Source: Eledone cirrhosa (Eukaryota). From it: a stretch of DNA of 64,000 nt. A program made the translations under genes and the position numbers. The stretch spans positions 18,476,001 through 18,540,000 of the forward strand of contig OZ024761.1 in the NCBI GenBank assembly GCA_964016885.1, in the 5' to 3' direction. The first letter of the stretch is position 1; each line of letters starts with the position of its first letter. Below the pieces are notes generated by a model. It did not search any database and was not told the DNA's origin. It saw only the letters and a program-made list of their open reading frames with translations. This document shows positions 1-12,747 of this stretch, piece after piece.

Positions 1-118
1 CTACCCCGTAAGGATGAAAGGCAAAGTTAACCTCTGCGGGATTTGAACTCAGACCATAAAGGGCCGTAACTCTTTGTTGCAAAGCATGGCGTCCGATCCT
101 CTGCCAATCCACCGCCCT
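1..118 (-). mobile_element. tRNA-derived SINE family 1 (Meta-domain-like), partial
   Basis: Reverse complement of the GAGTTCAAATCCC B-box plus AACTTTGCCTTTCATCCTTACGGGG; about 18 copies or fragments in the window. Confidence 0.8.
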
Positions 119-161
119 CATAATATGCACACACACACACATTTATACTCTTTATCATCTA

Positions 162-193
<32 letters not shown>

Positions 194-339
194 GTAATAA
201 TAAATGTGGAGACTAAAATCCGAAGGGGGCTCGATAATATTTAAAACGGTGAAAGCAGCGATTCTTTCTATGTATATTTATATATATTCAACACACGTTT
301 TCAGATAAGGAATCTTGCAAAACAAATTCAAAAAACGAA

Positions 340-400
<61 letters not shown>

Positions 401-984
401 TGTGTGTGTATGCGTGCGCATACACACACACACATATTGTGTTTCCACGCACACTTACGTCTGGGTATTTGCAAAATCTAAACATTTTCTACAATCTAAG
501 AACGATAATTCAAACAGTCATAAAAAAAACATACTAATGCAGTTAGAGTAGCCTCCCTTGAAATATTTTCATAATTTTATTCAATCTTTTACTATTGGCT
601 AGTTTTATTTTAACCGGTAACGTTTCATTTCTATCTCCGGTCTACAGGTGATAGGAGGGGGTGAGGGAAGTGAGGAGATATTAATGCCACAACATCCCAT
701 TATGCTTTCGCTCAACTTCGAAAGCAGGCGAAATATTTTAACTTCCATTCTTTCTCCGTCGTTCCTCTTGTCACTATGTGAAACCAATTGATTGTATAAT
801 GTTAAATAAGAGACACATCGATATGTTGTTGTTTGGCCCCTTAGTCAACTCTGATAAAAAGAAATATTCCAAAAGTTTTGCGAGGTTATTTCTCCTCTAT
901 GATTTCTTTACAGTCACGGAAACGTGGGCACATTCTTTACTCTGTAACAGGGTTTTTAGCATAGCTGGCGACAACTTGTTTCTA

Positions 985-1857
985 GAAATATGGTAACGAA
1001 AAGGTTAAAGTGTTTATATCTATTTAAAACCTTCCATCATAGTTTTATGTAAGGACCTTTGTTAAGAAATGTTTCAAACACCAATTTAAGAAAATTAGCT
1101 ATATTATTAAATCATGCTATAATAAAATCATAGGCATTGTTTTCCATTAGAAATATGGTAATGAAATGGTTAATATATATGAATGTAGTGCCAACACAAA
1201 CCTACAGAATAAAATATTAGTTTGTTATCGTTAAATAAAAAAACCTTCCATCATAATTTTATGTAAGAACCTTTGTTAAGATATGTTCCACACACCAGCT
1301 TAATAATCAGAAAATTGGTTATATTACTAAATCAATGCAAATTCTTGAAAATCATTGGCAGAGCCTTTCTTTTACATTAGAAATATGGTAATGAAAGGGT
1401 TAAAGTGTTTATATTTATATATATCATAATTTTAAGTAAGAACCTTAGTTAAAAAGTTATGTTCCAAACACCAGCTTAATAATGAGAAAGTTAAATTACA
1501 TAATCTTTCCAAATTCTTGATTATTTTCAAAATGATATGAAAACCATAAGTAGAGTCTTTCTCTTTCATTATAAATATGGTAACGAAAGAGTTAATAATA
1601 ATATAATAATGAAATTATTGTGTAGTGCTCAGGTGCACTACAACTCATCAAAGGTGCGTGTATAGTACATAGAATAATGTAAAATGTTTATATTTATCTA
1701 AAAACCATCAATCATAATTTTATGTAAGAACCTTTAAGTTATGTTCCACACACCAACTTACACAATCTCTCCGAATTCTTGATTATTTTCAAAATGATAC
1801 GAAAACCATAAGTATGGTCTTTCTCTTTCATTATAAATATGGTAACAAAAGAGTTAA
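985..1857. mobile_element. Tandem decayed ends of a TTAA-flanked (piggyBac-type) MITE family
   Basis: Five recurrences of AAATATGGTAA(C/T)GAAAGGGTTAA-like ends spaced about 170-260 bp apart; same family inverted at 14221-14540 and at 58380-58710. Confidence 0.55.
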
Positions 1858-1932
1858 TGCTTTTTGAGCTTTAAATAAACAAAGATGGTGAGGAAGTAGT
1901 GGCTATTTATCGTCTACATATCCTGTATACAC

Positions 1933-2240
1933 AGAGGATGAAGAACTCATAGCTGTATGGGAGCCTCCCAAAAGTCAGCTCAAAAGTAACAGAGAGGAGA
2001 CTGGGGTTAGCTGGACATGTTCACCGACATTCAGAGTTGACACTGCACTCAGTGCTCCTGTGGGAACCCCTACACAGACACACTAGAAGAGGGAGACCGA
2101 GGTTGACATATGTTGATGCCCTGAGGACAGACGCAGGTCTCTTGGAGACGCAGGACATGGTGGTGATGATGAAGGACAGAGACCGCTGGAGAGAACTCGT
2201 CCATGGATCTCAGGAATTTTACCCGTCCTAGATAGATGGA
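1933..2240 (+). mobile_element. RTE-clade LINE 3' fragment (ORF C-terminus)
   Basis: Translates as LYGSLPKVSSKVTERRLGLAGHVHRH...LLWEP..TRRGRPRLTYVDAL...DRDRWRELV, typical of the RTE C-terminal region. Confidence 0.85.
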
Positions 2241-2735
2241 TATCCTGAAACCATGTCACCAGAGCTGTTACTATTCTACCATCCCCTGCTATTCTTCCCT
2301 CCCAGAATTCCAGGGAGGTTTACATTTCATACAACCATCTCTGACTTTCCACCAGTTCTTCTATAATGGTAAGGGTGGGGAAATTATAATAAAACCCTTT
2401 ATTTAACTGTGAAAGTCTTTCTTGGTAGTAGAGATTCACAAAACCCCTTCATTTGTTTTGAGCTCTGACACTCCATTAGTTCTTCAATGGAAGATTGTGG
2501 GAAGGGGAGGGGGACATTATAATAGAACTCTTTATATAACTGTGGAACTCTTTCTTGTCAGAGGATCAAGAAACACTTATTCTTGGAGGTTTTATTTTAT
2601 ATATTTTATTTAATTGTTTTTTTTTTTGTTTTGTTTTTTTTGTTTATCTCAATAAACATTTCTGATAAACTTGTGACTTAAAACTTTAGTCATTGCTAAA
2701 CATCCTGACACTCCTTCATACATACATACATGTGA

Positions 2736-2789
<54 letters not shown>

Positions 2790-2798
2790 ATGACATAC

Positions 2799-2829
<31 letters not shown>

Positions 2830-2897
2830 TATGTATATATATGTGTATGTATATATATATGCATGTATGTATATATATATATGTGTGTATGTATATG

Positions 2898-2939
<42 letters not shown>

Positions 2940-3384
2940 TATATATATATGTTTGTGTGTATAGATATAGATATATATATATGACAGAGTGAGAGACTAC
3001 AGACAACAATGCATACAGCCTTTGATGAATTAACTCTTGTTTTATATACATCCTGGAAGTGGTAGTGTTGGTGGTTGTGGTGGTGTTAGTGGTGTTGGTG
3101 GTTGTGGTGGTGTTAGTGGTGTTGGTGGTTGTGGTGATGTGGTAATGAAAGCTAATCAGGCATTAGTGGTGGAAGCTGAGTAATCAACAGTCCACTCATG
3201 CCCTAAATATTGTTCCATTTATAGAACAGATCATCAGATTTGTTCCTACAGCTCTCTTGAGCTCTGAATTCAAATCCTGTTTGTTGAGGTCAACACCTTT
3301 CAAGGTCAACACCCTTTCTAGGAATTTATTTCCCTTGTGAGGATTGTCCCAACTTGAATGCCTTTGATCATAGGTATTCTTGAT

Positions 3385-3675
3385 AAGGCGGCGAATTGGC
3401 ACAATCGTTAAGATGTCGGATAGAATACTTTATGTTATTTGCCCCATCTCATTGCGCACTCTGAGTTCAAATCCCGCCGTAGTCAACTTTGCCTTACATC
3501 CTCTCAAGGTCGATAAAAAAAATACTAGTCTTGTACTGAGGTCAATTCTTCCTCTATAGAAAAGAATTGGCTGTGTTCAGACCTGGAGAGGGTTGGGCTC
3601 TGCCTGGTTTAAATGTGCCCTAGACACACCATATGATGGTGTTTCTAAGAATTCATAAAGGAGTTATGGGATTTT
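3385..3675 (+). mobile_element. tRNA-derived SINE, family 1 variant
   Basis: GGCGGCGAATTGGC head, GAGTTCAAATCCCGCC B-box, Meta-like core; the same tail recurs at 33985-34285 and 53660-53965 on the minus strand. Confidence 0.75.
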
Positions 3676-4292
3676 TTATCCTATTATCCTTATATTCTTA
3701 ATAATGGCTGATCTGGAGCTAAACAATAAAGGGTGGTGGATTGGTAAAAAAACCTTAGAGCACCCTCCACCCTCCACCCCACCCCAGACTGGTTAATTTA
3801 CTTTATTTTAAGAAACCTCCCACTACACCACCCAAACCCTCAGAAGGGGAAAATATGAAATACTACGTTGACATTCGTGGTATTTGAACTCAGAACATAA
3901 AGAAGACATTTTGTCTGTTGCTATTCAAAAAGATCTTTGGAGTAGTGTCCCCTTACAGAGTTCGTAGCTCGTAGATCAGAGAATCACTCCAGGTAGAGTC
4001 ACTACTTCTTCGAATTGAGATATCACAGATCTAATACTATGGATATATGATTAGAATGTTTCTCTAAAGGGCATGTGGTTAGAGCACAAGCAGCTGAAGT
4101 GGGGTTCCTCTGAAGGATCTTTGGAGTACGTTACTTGATGGAGTGCATAGCTTGGAGACCAGCTCCATGTTGAGCCACCCCTTCTTCGAATTGAGAGGTC
4201 ACAGCTTCGATATTACAGACATTGTAGTCAGAATACAAGTGGCTGAACTGGAGTTCCGTCAAGGGACAGATATCAGAGATTCACTCCAGGTA

Positions 4293-6262
4293 GAGCTGCT
4301 GTTATATATATATAAAAGCTGCTGTTATATATATATAAAAGCTGCTGTTATATATATATATAAAAGCTGCTGTTATATATATATAAAAGCTGCTGTTATA
4401 TATATATATAAAAGCTGCTGTTATATATATATATATAAAAGTTGCTGTTATATATATATATATATATAAAAGCTGCTGTTATATATATATATAAAAGCTG
4501 CTGTTATATATATATAAAAGCTGCTGTAATATATATATATATAAAAGCTGCTGTTATATATATATAAAAGCTGCTGTTATATATATATATAAAAGCTGCT
4601 GTAATATATATATATATAAAAGCTGCTGTTATATATATATAAAAGCTGCTGTTATATATATATAAAAGCTGCTGTTATATATATATAAGAGCTGCTGTTA
4701 TATATATATAAAAGCTGCTGTTATATATATATAAAAGCTGCTGTTATATATATATAAGAGCTGCTGTTATATATATATAAAAGCTGCTGTTATATATATA
4801 TATAAAAGCTGCTGTTATATATATAAAAGCTGCTGTTATATATATATATAAAAGCTGCTGTTATATATATAAAAGCTGCTGTTATATATATATAAAAGCT
4901 GCTGTTATATATATATAAAAAGCTGCTGTTATATATATATAAAAGCTGCTGTTATATATATATATAAAAGCTGCTGTTATATATATATAAAAGCTGCTGT
5001 TATTTATATATATAAAAGCTGCTGTTATATATATATAAAAGCTGCTGTTATATATATATAAAAGCTGCTGTTATATATATATAAAAGCTTCTGTTATATA
5101 TATATAAAAGCTGCTGTTATATATATATATATAAAAGTTGCTGTTATATATATATGAAAGCTGCTGTTATATATATATAACAGCTGCTGTTATATATATA
5201 TATATAAAAGTTGCTGTTATATATATATAAAAGTTGCTGTTATATATATATAAAAGCTGCTGTTATATATATATAAAAGCTGCTGTTATATATATAAAAG
5301 CTGCTGTTATATATATATAAAAGCTGCTGTTATATATATAAAAGCTGCTGTTATATATATATATAAAAGCTGCTGTTATATATATATAAAAGCTGCTGTT
5401 ATATATATATATATAAAAGCTGCTGTTATATATATAAAAGTTGCTGTTATATATATATAAAAGCTTCTGTTATATATATATAAAAGCTTCTGTTATATAT
5501 ATATAAAAGCTGCTGTTATTTATATATATAAAAGCTGCTGTTATATATATATAAAAGCTGCTGTTATATATATATAAAAGCTGCTGTTATATATATAAAA
5601 GCTGCTGTTATATATATATAAAAGCTGCTGTTATATATATATAAAAGCTTCTGTTATATATATATAAAAGCTGCTGTTATATATATATATATAAAAGTTG
5701 CTGTTATATATATATATATATAAAAGCTGTTGTTATATATATGTTATATATATAAAAGCTGCTGTTATATATATATAAAAGCTGCTGTTATATATATATA
5801 AAAGCTGCTGTTATATATATATAAAAGCTGCTGTTATATATATATATATAAAAGCTGCTGTTATATATATATATATATAAAAGTTGCTGTTATATATATA
5901 TATATATATATATATAAAAGTTGCTGTTATATATATATATATATATATAAAAGCTGCTGTTATATATATATATAAAAGCTGCTGTTATATATATATAAAA
6001 GCTGCTGTAATATATATATATAACAGCTGCTGTTATATATATATATAAAAGCTGCTGTTATATATATATATAAAAGCTTCTGTTATATATATATAAAAGC
6101 TGCTGTTATATATATATAAAAGCTGCTGTAATATATATATATATAACAGCTGATGTTATATATATATATAAAAGCTGCTGTTATATATATATAAAAGCTT
6201 CTGTTATATATATATAAAAGCTGCTGTTATATATATATAGCAACTGCTGTTATATATATATA
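4293..6262. repeat. Compound satellite [AAAGCTGCTGT(TA)n]
   Basis: About 2 kb of a constant 11-mer separated by variable-length TA runs. Confidence 0.97.
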
Positions 6263-6419
6263 AAGGAGAGGGGGGAGTTATATATCCCACCATAATGATG
6301 TTTCTATTTTAAAATCTTTATTTCTTTGTTTCACCTCCTTCTCACCCATTCAATACACACACATTCACCCACCTCCCCCACACTCACATTGCTCCCACCA
6401 CCACCTCCATTACCAGTTA

Positions 6420-6662
6420 CATCATCCCACCACATTCTCACCTACCACCACCACCACCACCATCATCACCATCACCAATTCAATCACCACCACCACTACC
6501 ACCATTTCAATCAATGCCATCATCACCATCACCAATTCAATCACCACCACCACCACCACCACCATTTCAATCAATGCCATCACCACCACCACCACCACCA
6601 TCACCAATTCAATCACCACCACCATCACCACTTCATCCCCCACTACCACCACCACCACCACT
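6420..6662. repeat. (CAC/CAT)n trinucleotide-rich repeat
   Basis: Direct reading; source of the poly-His/poly-Val pseudo-ORFs. Confidence 0.9.
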
Positions 6663-6841
6663 ATTTGCAATATAGAACAGTAGGTCATCCATTGGAAATC
6701 TATATAGTTAGTTACCATGCCGACAACAACTTTTACTGACCTGGGATTGGTGATGTTTTCTTCCTCATTGTCAATCATCTTGTCATCACATTGACTATAG
6801 AGTCATACATTATATATATAATGCGTATGTATGTATGTGTG

Positions 6842-6872
<31 letters not shown>

Positions 6873-6907
6873 ATATGTATGTATGTATGTATGTATATAT
6901 ATATATC

Positions 6908-7522
6908 TTGAGTGGCTACTGGTAACATGTAACCCAGTACAACCTGTCGCATGGTCGGGTCATCGGCGACCAAGCCGGCAACCCCACCAAGTTTACTTGG
7001 CGAGGAGGGTGATTATGGACACCCTGCAGGACAAAAAACAAAACCTGACAAAGGGCGGAAGAACTCACAAGAGTCAACGGCCATCCAAAAGTGTGTAAAT
7101 ATGTATATACACATGTACATATGTATGTATATGTATATGTGTATATATACATGGGTGCATATGTATGTATATGCGCGGGGACATAGAAATAGTCGGGCTG
7201 GACACCCGATCGCGCGGTTAAACCACTGGGAGTGAAGGACCTCTAGCCTTTGTCAAAGCATTCTTCTAGGAGAAGGCAACTCAGGAAATTGGGATAACTC
7301 CGATATAAAACCTGCGGCTCAGTAGTTACCCATGATGTTGATCTTTTCTTCTTTTCGAGTTATAGCTACTGTCGCTCAGAGAGTGGGATTGGCTCAGTGC
7401 ACAGTCCTTCCTCACTTTAAAAAATATCTTCACGCACAGGCATTGCATGATAGAATTAATTAATAATTATTAATAATGGTATATCGTGCAATGGCCATAC
7501 TCGATAACGAGGGGGCAGCCAT
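6908..7522 (+). mobile_element. Non-autonomous element resembling an RTE 5' UTR
   Basis: GC-rich island between TA tracts with a TAGGAGAAGGCAACTC...AAACCT motif; diverged second copy at about 45350-45515 (GAGAGTGGGA(C/T)TGGCT..GTGCA...GCACAGGCATTGC). Confidence 0.45.
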
Positions 7523-7584
7523 CATATATATATATATACACACACGATATTAACAAATGGAAACTATATTTATAAAACCATATT

Positions 7585-7649
7585 TATTTCATTATACATA
7601 TTTCAAAGACACCAAGTTAAATTATGGTGTGCTTTCATCAGACAAAATA
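7585..7649 (-). ncRNA. Type I hammerhead ribozyme motif, family A
   Basis: UAUUUUGU-CUGAUGA-(ACACCA/UGGUGU stem II)-GAAA-UAUGUA-UA^AUGAAAUA; 8-bp stem I. Confidence 0.85.
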
Positions 7650-7786
7650 TAATATAGATCAGTTTTATAAATAAATATTGACATACCCTTAAAGAATGCA
7701 ACCATTACTGTTGGAAGCTCCAGGATAGTTACTATCTATATATATATTCACATTTATATATATATATGTGTGTGTATATATGTATA

Positions 7787-8118
7787 TGGAGGCACATGGC
7801 TTAGTGGTTAGAGCATTGGCTTTGCAATCGAAAGGTTGTGAGTTCAATTCTCAGACCGGGTGATGTGTTGTTTCCTTGAGCAAGACACTTTATTTCACAT
7901 TGCTCCAGTTTACTCAGCTGTAGAAATGAGATGATAGGGACTGGGGTCCCTATCATTCCACTGCAAAGTGGTCGTGTAGGTGCCACGGAAAAAAAGCCCC
8001 CAGCACTCACTGTAAATGAGGTTGGTGTTAGGAAGGGCATCCAGCTGTAGAAATCAAGCCAGAATCAGTTCCCATCCCACCCTTGCAAGCAGGGAAAAGC
8101 GGACGTAAAATGAAATGA

Positions 8119-8120
<2 letters not shown>
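7787..8120 (+). mobile_element. CORE-like tRNA-SINE family 2 with RTE-derived tail
   Basis: TGGCTTAGTGG A-box, GAGTTCAATTC B-box, CCTTGAGCAAGACACTT core; 3' tail CCCACCCTTGCAAGCAGGGAAAAGCGGA matches the RTE end at 11104-11130. Confidence 0.85.
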
Positions 8121-8149
<29 letters not shown>

Positions 8150-8339
8150 ACGAAGGAGGTGTGGTAAGGAACCAGATGGACCATAACGCACCAAAGTACT
8201 CAATACTTAGGGTAGTAGAGTGGGTAATAGGAAAATGTTTGACCCCGATGGCAGAGCTCAAGCCGTTTCGACGGCTATTTCTGGACTCCAGAAATAGTCG
8301 TCGAAACGGCTTGAGCTCTGCCATCGGTGTTAAACATTT

Positions 8340-8342
<3 letters not shown>
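8150..8342. mobile_element. Family C fold-back element with two inverted hammerhead 3' halves
   Basis: Palindrome 8229-8342, each arm GAAA-CGGC-UUGAGCUCU-GCC(A)-UC-GG; shared tail GTGGTAAGGAACCAG..GTACTCAATAC. Confidence 0.7.
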
Positions 8343-8406
<64 letters not shown>

Positions 8407-8421
8407 ATTTGATATAGAAAT

Positions 8422-8473
8422 GGCTTCTACAGAACTAGAACTGTTTCTTTCCAAGGTAATCATCAGGAAAGCC
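8422..8473 (-). ncRNA. Type I hammerhead ribozyme motif, family B
   Basis: GGCUUUC-CUGAUGA-UUACCUUGGAAA-GAAA-CAG(UUCUAGUU)CUG-UA^GAAGCC; lies within inverted repeat 8406-8517. Confidence 0.75.
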
Positions 8474-8686
8474 GAAAACAGTTTTAGTCCTGTAGAACCC
8501 ATTTCTATATCAAATATTTATACTCTGCTATGTATTGAGTACCTTACTTACTGTGGTTACCTCCCATTGAAACCAACACACACACATATATATATATATA
8601 TACATATACACTTATACACACACACACACATATATATATATATGATGATGATGATGATACACACTTATAAACACACACACACACAC

Positions 8687-8726
<40 letters not shown>

Positions 8727-8939
8727 TTCTTTTTACTTCTATTGTTTTTCTTTGTTGACATGGGTTGACACACACACACACACACAATATATGTGTTATT
8801 GTGTAATTATATATTATATTGATTTGAAGGTATTTGGAGAGGATTTTCAAATTAGATTTTTCAATCAGTCTCCTAGTTTGTATTGATCTTTTGATTGGTC
8901 ATTTCCTGAAGATGGACTTACTTATAGTTTGTCTTGTAT

Positions 8940-9225
8940 CTCCATCTATTTCTCTATCTATCTACCTACCAACCTACCTATCTATCTCTATTTATTTGTG
9001 TACATATAAAATGTATCTATCTGTCTATCTATCTATCTATTGTCTACCTATCTATCTATCTATCTATAAATCTATCTATTTGCACATCTATAAATGTATC
9101 TATCTATCTATCTATAAATCTATCTATTTGCACATCTATAAATGTATCTATCTATCTATCTATCTATAAATCTATCTATTTGCACATCTATAAATGTATC
9201 TATCTATCTATCTATCTATTTATCT
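8940..9225. repeat. (TATC)n-rich satellite
   Basis: Direct reading. Confidence 0.9.
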
Positions 9226-9543
9226 ACCCCAGCAAATTTTATAAAAGGTGGGTGAATGCGGCAAAGATGGCCTGAGTGGTTGGGCCTTCTCTCTATATAA
9301 GCCTGTAGGTTGAGGAAAAAGAGGAAAAGAGGAAGGGAGTACTCACTCTTGGTGCTCCTGGAGATGAGGGTTGTACATTTTTTCGGGGTGTGTACAACCC
9401 CTGTGTAACACCTCCCTCCTATTGGGGATTTCAATTGTTATTTGTTATTGTATTAATAGTTTTATTTTCATATACCTGTATGTAAACTCCCCATTTGTAT
9501 TTGTCCCCTTCTTTTGTGCCCTTGTGGCTAATAAAGAAATTTA
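9226..9543 (+). mobile_element. Tx1/L1-like LINE 3' end, copy 1
   Basis: Homologous to 9808-10130; ends GCTAATAAAGAAA then TATC repeat. Confidence 0.65.
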
Positions 9544-9575
9544 TCTATCTATTTATCTATCTTTGTATCTATTTA

Positions 9576-10130
9576 TGTGGGACCAATCCGGTTGACCACC
9601 GAGTCCATTGTCATGATCAAACCGCCACCCTCCTTCAAAAACGAAGGAGAGGCAGTTTTCCTTTGTGTGATAGCTATGGCGAAAGAGGTTGTATGGTGGA
9701 CAAGGTTGAAAGGGCTGAGGTCAGACACCTTTCTCTCCGGCCAACAACTGATTCTTTTTTTTCAAATACCACTTTGGAAGAATCAGGATGGAGAGAGAGG
9801 TGCTGTACCCCAGCAAGTTTCATGAAAGGTGGGTGAAAGTGACGAGAATGGCCCGAGTGAATGCGCCTTCTCTCTATATCAGCCTGTAGGTTGAGGAAAA
9901 GGAGGAGGAGAGGAAAGGAGTACAAACTCTTCGTACTCCTGGAGATGAGGGTTGCACATTTTTTCGGGGGTATGTGTTACCCATATGAACTGTCTCCCTC
10001 TATTGGGGAAAATCGACTAATTTTTTAAATTGCATTTGTGATAATATTTTACACGTTTTTATTGTATGTAAACTTCCCCCTTTGTATTTGTCCCCTTCTT
10101 TTGTGCCCCTGTGGCTAATAAAGAAACATA
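9576..10130 (+). mobile_element. Tx1/L1-like LINE 3' end, copy 2 (frameshifted ORF2 C-terminus plus UTR)
   Basis: AVFLCVIAMAKEVVWWTRLKG...RIRMEREVL..SKFHERW across a frameshift; AATAAA near the end. Confidence 0.65.
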
Positions 10131-10356
10131 TCTATCTATCTATTTAATATAAAAAGGAATAAAGAAATCTATCTGTCAATAGATATATATATATATATGT
10201 ATGTTTGTGTGTGTGTATCTGTTTATTGGACACTGTCCACAATGTGTGTGTGGTCAGGTAGGTTTTCTTCATTAAGACCATTGTTATTATTGCAATCAAT
10301 ATTCGAAACCTAGTAATTGGAAGATTAGTTTGTGTATGTATATATATGTGTGTGTT

Positions 10357-10425
<69 letters not shown>

Positions 10426-10522
10426 CTTTGATAACTTTTGCCCAGTATTGGCCCAGGCCATGTCTAACTTGATAGCACCACCTATGTGTGTGTATGTGTA
10501 TATATATATGTGTGTGTGTGTG

Positions 10523-10554
<32 letters not shown>

Positions 10555-10775
10555 TTCATATGGCGTTTATTATTCTTTAAATATATGTATGTATGTGTGT
10601 GTGTGTAGGTATATCATCATCATCATCGTTTAGCTAGCATGGGTTAGACAAGAATGGTCCCACTTGAGGCAAGATTGGTCGGGTGACCATGTCTCGCTTG
10701 TATAGGGCTATATCTGGCAGGTTTTCTACAGATGGATGCCCTTCCTAACATCAACCACATTTACAGTGTGGACTG

Positions 10776-11152
10776 GGAGCAAGCATGCTCCGTTGGATGT
10801 GCAATGTCAATGTGCGTGAACGACCAAGCATTGACGAGTTGAGAAAGAAACTGGGTATAAGAGGGATAGGCTGTGGTGTGCAGGAGAGAAGACTGTGTTG
10901 GTTTGGACATGTGATGCACATGGAGGATGACTGCTGGGTAAAGAAGTGCCAAGAAATCCCAGTAGAAGGAAGACGCCATAGAGGAAGACCACGTAAAACA
11001 TGGGCGGAGGTGGTGAGAACAGACCTCAGATCGCTGAAGCTCACGGAGGAGATGACGAAGGACCGTGACAAGTGGAGAGATGATATACTGAATAGGACCC
11101 GTCCCACCCTTGCAAGCAGGGAAAAGCGGATGTAAAATGATGATGATGATGA

Positions 11153-11155
<3 letters not shown>
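10776..11155 (+). mobile_element. RTE-clade LINE 3' fragment
   Basis: MLRWMCNV..RRLCWFGHVMHM..VEGRRHRGRPRKTW..DRDKWR followed by an (ATG)n tail. Confidence 0.92.
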
Positions 11156-11206
<51 letters not shown>

Positions 11207-11357
11207 TTGAAAGAATGTCATGTGCAGCTAAGGTCTTATATAGTAATAATAATGAAAATGATTGTGTAGTGCTCAGGTGCACGACAACTCATTAAAGGTG
11301 GCTGAAGACAAAGGAAAAACGAACGAAATACAAGACAGTACTTGCTCATCAGTCATA

Positions 11358-12490
11358 TGACCTGGCCCTGTCCCACTAACACAACTCCACTACATTGCTG
11401 TCTTTACATTATACATATGACCTGGCCCTGTCTCACTGACACAACTCCACTACACCACATCAGGTCACATTATACATATGACCTGGCCCTGTCTCACTGA
11501 CACAGCTCCACTACACCACATCAGGTCACATTATACATATGACCTGGCCCTGTCCCACTGACACAACTCCACTACACCACATCAGGTCACATTATACATA
11601 TGACCTGGCCCTGTCTCACTGACACAACTCCACTACACCACATCAGGTCACATTATACATATGACCTGGCCCTGTCTCACTAACACAACTCCACTACACC
11701 ACATCAGGTCACATTATACATATGACCTGGCCCTGTCTCACTGACACAACTCCACTACACCACATCAGGTCACATTATACATATGACCTGGCCCTGTCTC
11801 ACTAACACAACTCCACTACACCACATCAGGTCACATTATACATATGACCTGGCCCTGTCTCACTGACACAACTCCACTACACCACATCAGGTCACATTAT
11901 ACATATGACCTGGCCCTGTCTCACTAACACAACTCCACTACACCACATCAGGTCACATTATACATATGACCTGGCCCTGTCTCACTGACACAACTCCACT
12001 ACACCACATCAGGTCACATTATACATATGACCTGGCCCTGTCTCACTGACACAGCTCCACTACACCACATCAGGTCACATTATACATATGACCTGGCCCT
12101 GTCTCACTGACACAACTCCACTACACCACATCAGGTCACATTATACATATGACCTGGCCCAGTCCCACTGACACAACTCCACTACACCACATCAGGTCAC
12201 ATTATACATATGACCTGGCCCTGTCTCACTGACACAACTCCACTACACCACATCAGGTCACATTATACATATGACCTGGCCCTGTCTCACTGACACAACT
12301 CCACTACACCACATCAGGTCACATTATACATATGACCTGGCCCTGTTCCACTGACACAGCTCCACAACTACATCAGGTCACATTATACATATGACCTGGC
12401 CCAGTCCCACTGACACAGCTCCACTACACCACATCAGGTCACATTATACATATGACCTGGCCCAGTCCCACTGACACAGCTCCACAACTA
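11358..12490. repeat. 61-bp minisatellite, about 18 copies
   Basis: Unit TGACCTGGCCCTGTCTCACTGACACAACTCCACTACACCACATCAGGTCACATTATACATA. Confidence 0.97.
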
Positions 12491-12747
12491 CACGTGAGAT
12501 ATTTACATTATTAATACCACCTGGACCTCCCTGACTCACTGACACTGTTCCACAACACCACACCTGGCCACTCATTCTCTCACCAAACCAGTCCTAATTA
12601 GCTGTAATTAACAAATAATTACCATAGAAATCAGACCATTGATTTAGTTATTCAGAATTTCCGAGAAAATGTTGATTATGCTGTTATATAAATCTGTTTC
12701 CTGTTTCAACAAATTTTCTGCGTAATTCCAGTTTTATGCTGAACACT

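Noticed and set aside
3195-3245. CUGAUGA on minus strand with a following hairpin
   Set aside because: No GAAA or stem III
3930-4290. Possible LINE RT fragment (SGVP-like)
   Set aside because: Only a 4-residue resemblance with no sustained reading frame
4293-6262. CRISPR-like repeat/spacer pattern
   Set aside because: Spacers are only (TA)n, the repeat is 11 bp, there are no cas genes and the context is eukaryotic
7787-7860. tRNA gene
   Set aside because: A/B boxes are present but there is no full cloverleaf; it continues into the SINE body in multiple copies
11301-11355. CUGAAGA...GAAA on plus and CUGAUGA on minus
   Set aside because: No stem II or stem I pairing
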